From: a virus
Taxonomy: Duplodnaviria; Caudoviricetes
Reading direction: 5' to 3' (one strand)
IMG/VR virus record: IMGVR_UViG_3300038674_000113
Location: 1 to 27,578 of that record
DNA: 27,578 nucleotides
Both the position numbers and the translations under genes were made by a program. Below, one piece after another: positions 24,074 through 27,578 of the stretch (position 1 is its first letter; every line of letters begins with the position of its first letter). The notes below the pieces were generated by a model that worked only from the letters and a program-made list of their open reading frames with translations, had not been told where the DNA came from and searched no databases.

Positions 24074-25426
24074 ATGTCCGAAGACGTAAAACTTAATGCC
24101 GATCAGGAATCGGCTATTCAGATAATGCACGGGTTCCTCGGTAGCTCTACAGAACAGTTTATGGTTCTGGAGGGTGCCGGGGGAACCGGTAAGACATTCG
24201 TACTAAAGCACTTCGTGCGTACCCTGCATGACTTCCATAAGACCCGGCGACTGCTGGGTTTGAAGGGTAAAACCGGTCTGCCTATCAATTTCACCGCCAC
24301 CACCAATAAAGCATGTGAGGCTATGGAGATCCAACTCCGTGGCCTGGATGCGTCGGTAACTGGCGATGACATTACTGTCATGAATCCAGAGGTGAAAACT
24401 ATTCACAGCTATCTGGGGCTGACTATGGCACCGGATCCCAGCAACCCCCGAAAGGACAAACTGGCCGACCGGAAATTTGATTTCAAGGCTGGCAAGTGCA
24501 TCCTCATCATTGATGAGGCGAGCTATATCGACGAGGAATTATTCGACTGGATTAAGAAGAAAATCAGCAAGGATACGAAAGTTATCTTTGTTGGTGATCC
24601 GGCTCAGTTGAAGAATGCTGATGCCAAGTCAATGCCTGCATTCGAATCTGGCTTCCGTAAAGCTGAGCTTAAGATCGTGGAGCGTTTCGATACTGATACG
24701 CCCATCTTCAAACTCAGTGTGGAACTGCGTAAGCGTATTCTGGCGAAGGACTGGCGTATCCCGCCCTGCCCTATCGACGGGAAGCACATCGTGTGGATGC
24801 CACGTCCACAGTTCGACCGGGTAATGTTGGCGGATATGTCGTCCGACGACTGGATCTTTAGCACCAGCAAATTCCTGGCCTTCCGTAACAACCGGGTTCA
24901 AGCCTACAACAAAGGCATGAACAACCATATTACTGGTAGCCGTGACTTTCAGGCCGGGGATTACGCAATCAACAACCACTACGTGGCTGGCAGAAAAGGT
25001 ACTGGTGGCATCCGTACTGATGGCCTGGTTTATATCAGTGCCCTCGAAGAGGATGTTCAGCACGGGGAACCGGGCTATTGGGTGTACATGAACAACGAGA
25101 ACGAACGAACGTTCTTCATGCCGCATGACCATAAGGCCATCTCCAAAATCATCAACCGGCTCTACCGGGAGTATGAAAATACCTCGGACTTCAAAGCAGC
25201 CGAAGCCTATCTGCACCAGATGCGTAGGGTGAAGGATACTTGGGTAGACTTACGCCCGGTCTATGCCCAGACAGTCTACAAGTCGCAGGGTTCCACCTTT
25301 CGACGTGTTTATATCGACCTGGCTGATATCGGGTATTGTGTGGACACTGAAATCCGTATACGGCTTCTGTATGTGGCCTGCACTCGTGCCCGTAAGCAGC
25401 TATTTCTTACTGGGGATCTGTACTGA
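24074..25426 (+). CDS. Dda/RecD-like SF1B DNA helicase
   Basis: GAGGTGKT, TATTNKA, TIHSYL, IIDEAS, VGDPAQL, YAQTVYKSQGST, YVACTRAR. Confidence 0.93.
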   Translation: MSEDVKLNADQESAIQIMHGFLGSSTEQFMVLEGAGGTGKTFVLKHFVRTLHDFHKTRRLLGLKGKTGLPINFTATTNKACEAMEIQLRGLDASVTGDDITVMNPEVKTIHSYLGLTMAPDPSNPRKDKLADRKFDFKAGKCILIIDEASYIDEELFDWIKKKISKDTKVIFVGDPAQLKNADAKSMPAFESGFRKAELKIVERFDTDTPIFKLSVELRKRILAKDWRIPPCPIDGKHIVWMPRPQFDRVMLADMSSDDWIFSTSKFLAFRNNRVQAYNKGMNNHITGSRDFQAGDYAINNHYVAGRKGTGGIRTDGLVYISALEEDVQHGEPGYWVYMNNENERTFFMPHDHKAISKIINRLYREYENTSDFKAAEAYLHQMRRVKDTWVDLRPVYAQTVYKSQGSTFRRVYIDLADIGYCVDTEIRIRLLYVACTRARKQLFLTGDLY

Positions 25427-25953
25427 TGATCAAAGACCTGACAACCAAAGATATTCAGCTTGTGGTGAAGCTACTGCACCGTTACATGTTTCAGGGGGCG
25501 ATTGACTACTTCGATGAGAAGATCATGTCCATTGCCCAGCGAAACCAGGAAGCGAGAAAGTCGCCTCTCCTGACGTTCACGTTTGGTGGTGAAGTATTCC
25601 GGTTCGAATCGCAACCGGTACGCTTCCCCCAGACACTGGCTAAATTCCTCTACCCAGAGATGCACGAGCTTATGGCTAAGCGACGTAAAATCCTGGATGA
25701 GGAAGGTGCCTACGTCAAAGCGGCCCTGTCTGCTGCCTTGTCTCGTTGTGAAAGTGCAACGCATCTGTACCAGTTATTGCCGACCCTACTGCATGAACAA
25801 ATGCGGAAGATCGGTATCAAAGAGGAACTCGACCTGGATAACTTCCAGCCGCTCAGTGATGAGCAGGTAGCCGAGTTTAAAACCAAACATGCGCATAACC
25901 TGGATATGCTGTTCCAGCGTGCGACCAAGAACACTTTAGGGGTGTTTGTATGA
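25426..25953 (+). CDS. Hypothetical protein following the helicase
   Basis: TGATG overlap; 175 aa. Confidence 0.8.
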   Translation: MIKDLTTKDIQLVVKLLHRYMFQGAIDYFDEKIMSIAQRNQEARKSPLLTFTFGGEVFRFESQPVRFPQTLAKFLYPEMHELMAKRRKILDEEGAYVKAALSAALSRCESATHLYQLLPTLLHEQMRKIGIKEELDLDNFQPLSDEQVAEFKTKHAHNLDMLFQRATKNTLGVFV

Positions 25954-26300
25954 CAACCAAAACCATTGTGAAGGTAGGCGAATATGAAGTCTCTCACGAT
26001 TGCGGTGCTCATTTCGTTGCTCATCGTAATGGCCACCTTTGGCGCGACCTTACTGGAGATAATCTGGTTCTCGCCCTCATTCAGCGTATTCAACAGTTAG
26101 AAGAAGCGTTCACCACTCCGACCCCGGATATGGTGCAGGCTGGTCTGGCCGAAGTGCAGCGTATGCTGGATGAGTGGGATGATGACGGTCATATCCAATT
26201 GGGGCATGGTAATGACCCGGTTAGTGATGACCAGGCATCAGATATGGCTGTATTCGTTCTCCAGGCTATGGCAGGCAAACTGCCGAAGGCAGGTGAATAA
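25950..26300 (+). CDS. Hypothetical protein
   Basis: ATGA overlap; 116 aa. Confidence 0.75.
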   Translation: MTTKTIVKVGEYEVSHDCGAHFVAHRNGHLWRDLTGDNLVLALIQRIQQLEEAFTTPTPDMVQAGLAEVQRMLDEWDDDGHIQLGHGNDPVSDDQASDMAVFVLQAMAGKLPKAGE

Positions 26301-26488
26301 TGCCAAAGGCAACCGTACAGCATATGACCCACTACGTCCTGACTTTGGAGCTTTCTCCCAACGAGCTGGATCGTCTGCGGGGCATGATGCAGAACCCACT
26401 GAACGGGAATACCCCGGACAGTGAACCTGGCGATGAACGTATGATTCGCCGTGCCATTTTTGATGCTTGCACCGAATATCGTAAATAA
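26300..26488 (+). CDS. Hypothetical protein
   Basis: TAATG overlap; followed by a terminator. Confidence 0.7.
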   Translation: MPKATVQHMTHYVLTLELSPNELDRLRGMMQNPLNGNTPDSEPGDERMIRRAIFDACTEYRK

Positions 26489-26494
26489 CTAACC

Positions 26495-26524
26495 AAGCCA
26501 GATTTAATCTGGCTTTTTCTTTTC
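26495..26524 (+). terminator. Rho-independent terminator
   Basis: AAGCCAGAT-TTA-ATCTGGCTT followed by T runs. Confidence 0.8.
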
Positions 26525-26560
26525 TAAAAGCCTTTCTAAATCTTACTTAAGGACACAATC

Positions 26561-27578
26561 ATGCAAGTTGCTGACTCTACTCAATTGGCTACTTCCGCTA
26601 CCCTGGGTGGCGGTAAAACTATCGACTTCGGTATCACCGATGATCCGGCGTTCTTCCAGATCCTGTCTGCGAACCTGTATTCAAACCAGAAGTTAGCTGT
26701 AGCCCGTGAGGTGCTCTGCAACCTTTGGGATGCTCATATTGACGCAGGAAAAACCAATGTGCCCGGTCTGGTGCGTATCAGTGAAGACTTCGTTCTGACC
26801 TTCCGTGACTACGGTAAGGGTATCGCCCCGGAAAACATGGGTGCGGTATATGGCACCTATGGTGCATCTACCAAAAAGAACGACAGTAAATCCACTGGTG
26901 GCTTTGGCCTGGGCTGTAAGTCACCGTTCGCGTATACCGACAGCTTCCGTGTCACGTCTTACCATAATGGTACGATGACGGTGTACAACATCACCAAGTC
27001 CTCAGTCGAATCCGGTGGTAAGCCGGGGATCACTGAAATCATGTCAGCTCCGACTACGGAGTCTGGCCTTGAGGTCAGTATCCCAATCGAAGAGAACGAT
27101 GTGTACGAGTTCCTGAAGTATATCCGTTATATCGCGATGCACGGCGAGATGAACATCGAGCTGAAAGTTGAAGGGTATTACTCCAACTCCAGCACCCCAT
27201 TGCTGCCTAAACTGGGTATGTCTACGGAACCGGGTTCCTACTCGTTCAATAGCAGCACCTGGTATCAGGACTACATGGGTGACCATGAGGTCTTCATCCG
27301 TTATGGTGGCGTGATGTATCCGGCTCTGGATACTCCGGCCACTCGCCCGGCTCTGGACACCATTAAGCGTTTCATGCGAATCATCAGCGTGGATCGTATT
27401 GTGGTGCAGGCTGCTCCTGACACCCTGGCTTTAACCCCAAGCCGTGAGGCTTTATCAAGCCAGAAGATGACAGAGAATGGCGTTGTGGATCTCTGCCTGA
27501 ATCTCACCGAGAAAGTAGAGAAGGATATCCGTTCCAGCATCCCTGCGGCGGCTGCGGAAACAGCAAAGCGTATTTCTA
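26561..27578 (+). CDS. rIIA: rIIA-like protein (GHKL ATPase N-terminal domain), runs off the window end
   Basis: Read manually: TAAGGA RBS; MQVAD...ILSANLYSN..LAVAREVLCNLWDAH...RDYGKGI...YGASTK...GGFGLGCKSPFAY. Confidence 0.9.
   Translation, partial: MQVADSTQLATSATLGGGKTIDFGITDDPAFFQILSANLYSNQKLAVAREVLCNLWDAHIDAGKTNVPGLVRISEDFVLTFRDYGKGIAPENMGAVYGTYGASTKKNDSKSTGGFGLGCKSPFAYTDSFRVTSYHNGTMTVYNITKSSVESGGKPGITEIMSAPTTESGLEVSIPIEENDVYEFLKYIRYIAMHGEMNIELKVEGYYSNSSTPLLPKLGMSTEPGSYSFNSSTWYQDYMGDHEVFIRYGGVMYPALDTPATRPALDTIKRFMRIISVDRIVVQAAPDTLALTPSREALSSQKMTENGVVDLCLNLTEKVEKDIRSSIPAAAAETAKRIS

Overview
This window is part of an N4-like podophage (Schitoviridae) genome and spans the junction between the late/packaging end and the early/middle regions. 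It begins with an N4 gp49-family gene, followed on the minus strand by a gp67-like adaptor, the terminase large subunit and a gp69-like gene. The probable genome terminus comes next, then an early region of small genes driven by hairpin promoters for the virion RNA polymerase, a gp2-like activator and the two-subunit RNAP II. The middle genes include an HNH protein, an SPFH protein, a ClpX-like AAA+ ATPase, a MoxR-like AAA with its VWA/metallopeptidase partner, a Dda-like helicase and a truncated rIIA. Six observations stand out. (1) A translationally coupled array of about 7-10 divergent ~100-aa proteins shares one short motif, [LIM][TSN]x[ED]xxxx[LIM]RTxxL[LI]. (2) There are seven triloop hairpin promoter candidates in two classes, C-TCC-G and C-ATA-G. 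(3) A ~75-nt promoter-to-terminator unit has no substantial gene. (4) A 167-nt G-free repeat tract is flanked by hairpins. (5) A gp49-family protein ends in an NrdA-like CESGACSI tail. (6) A small protein carries degenerate DNA polymerase A motifs. All calls come from reading motifs by eye; no database searches were run.
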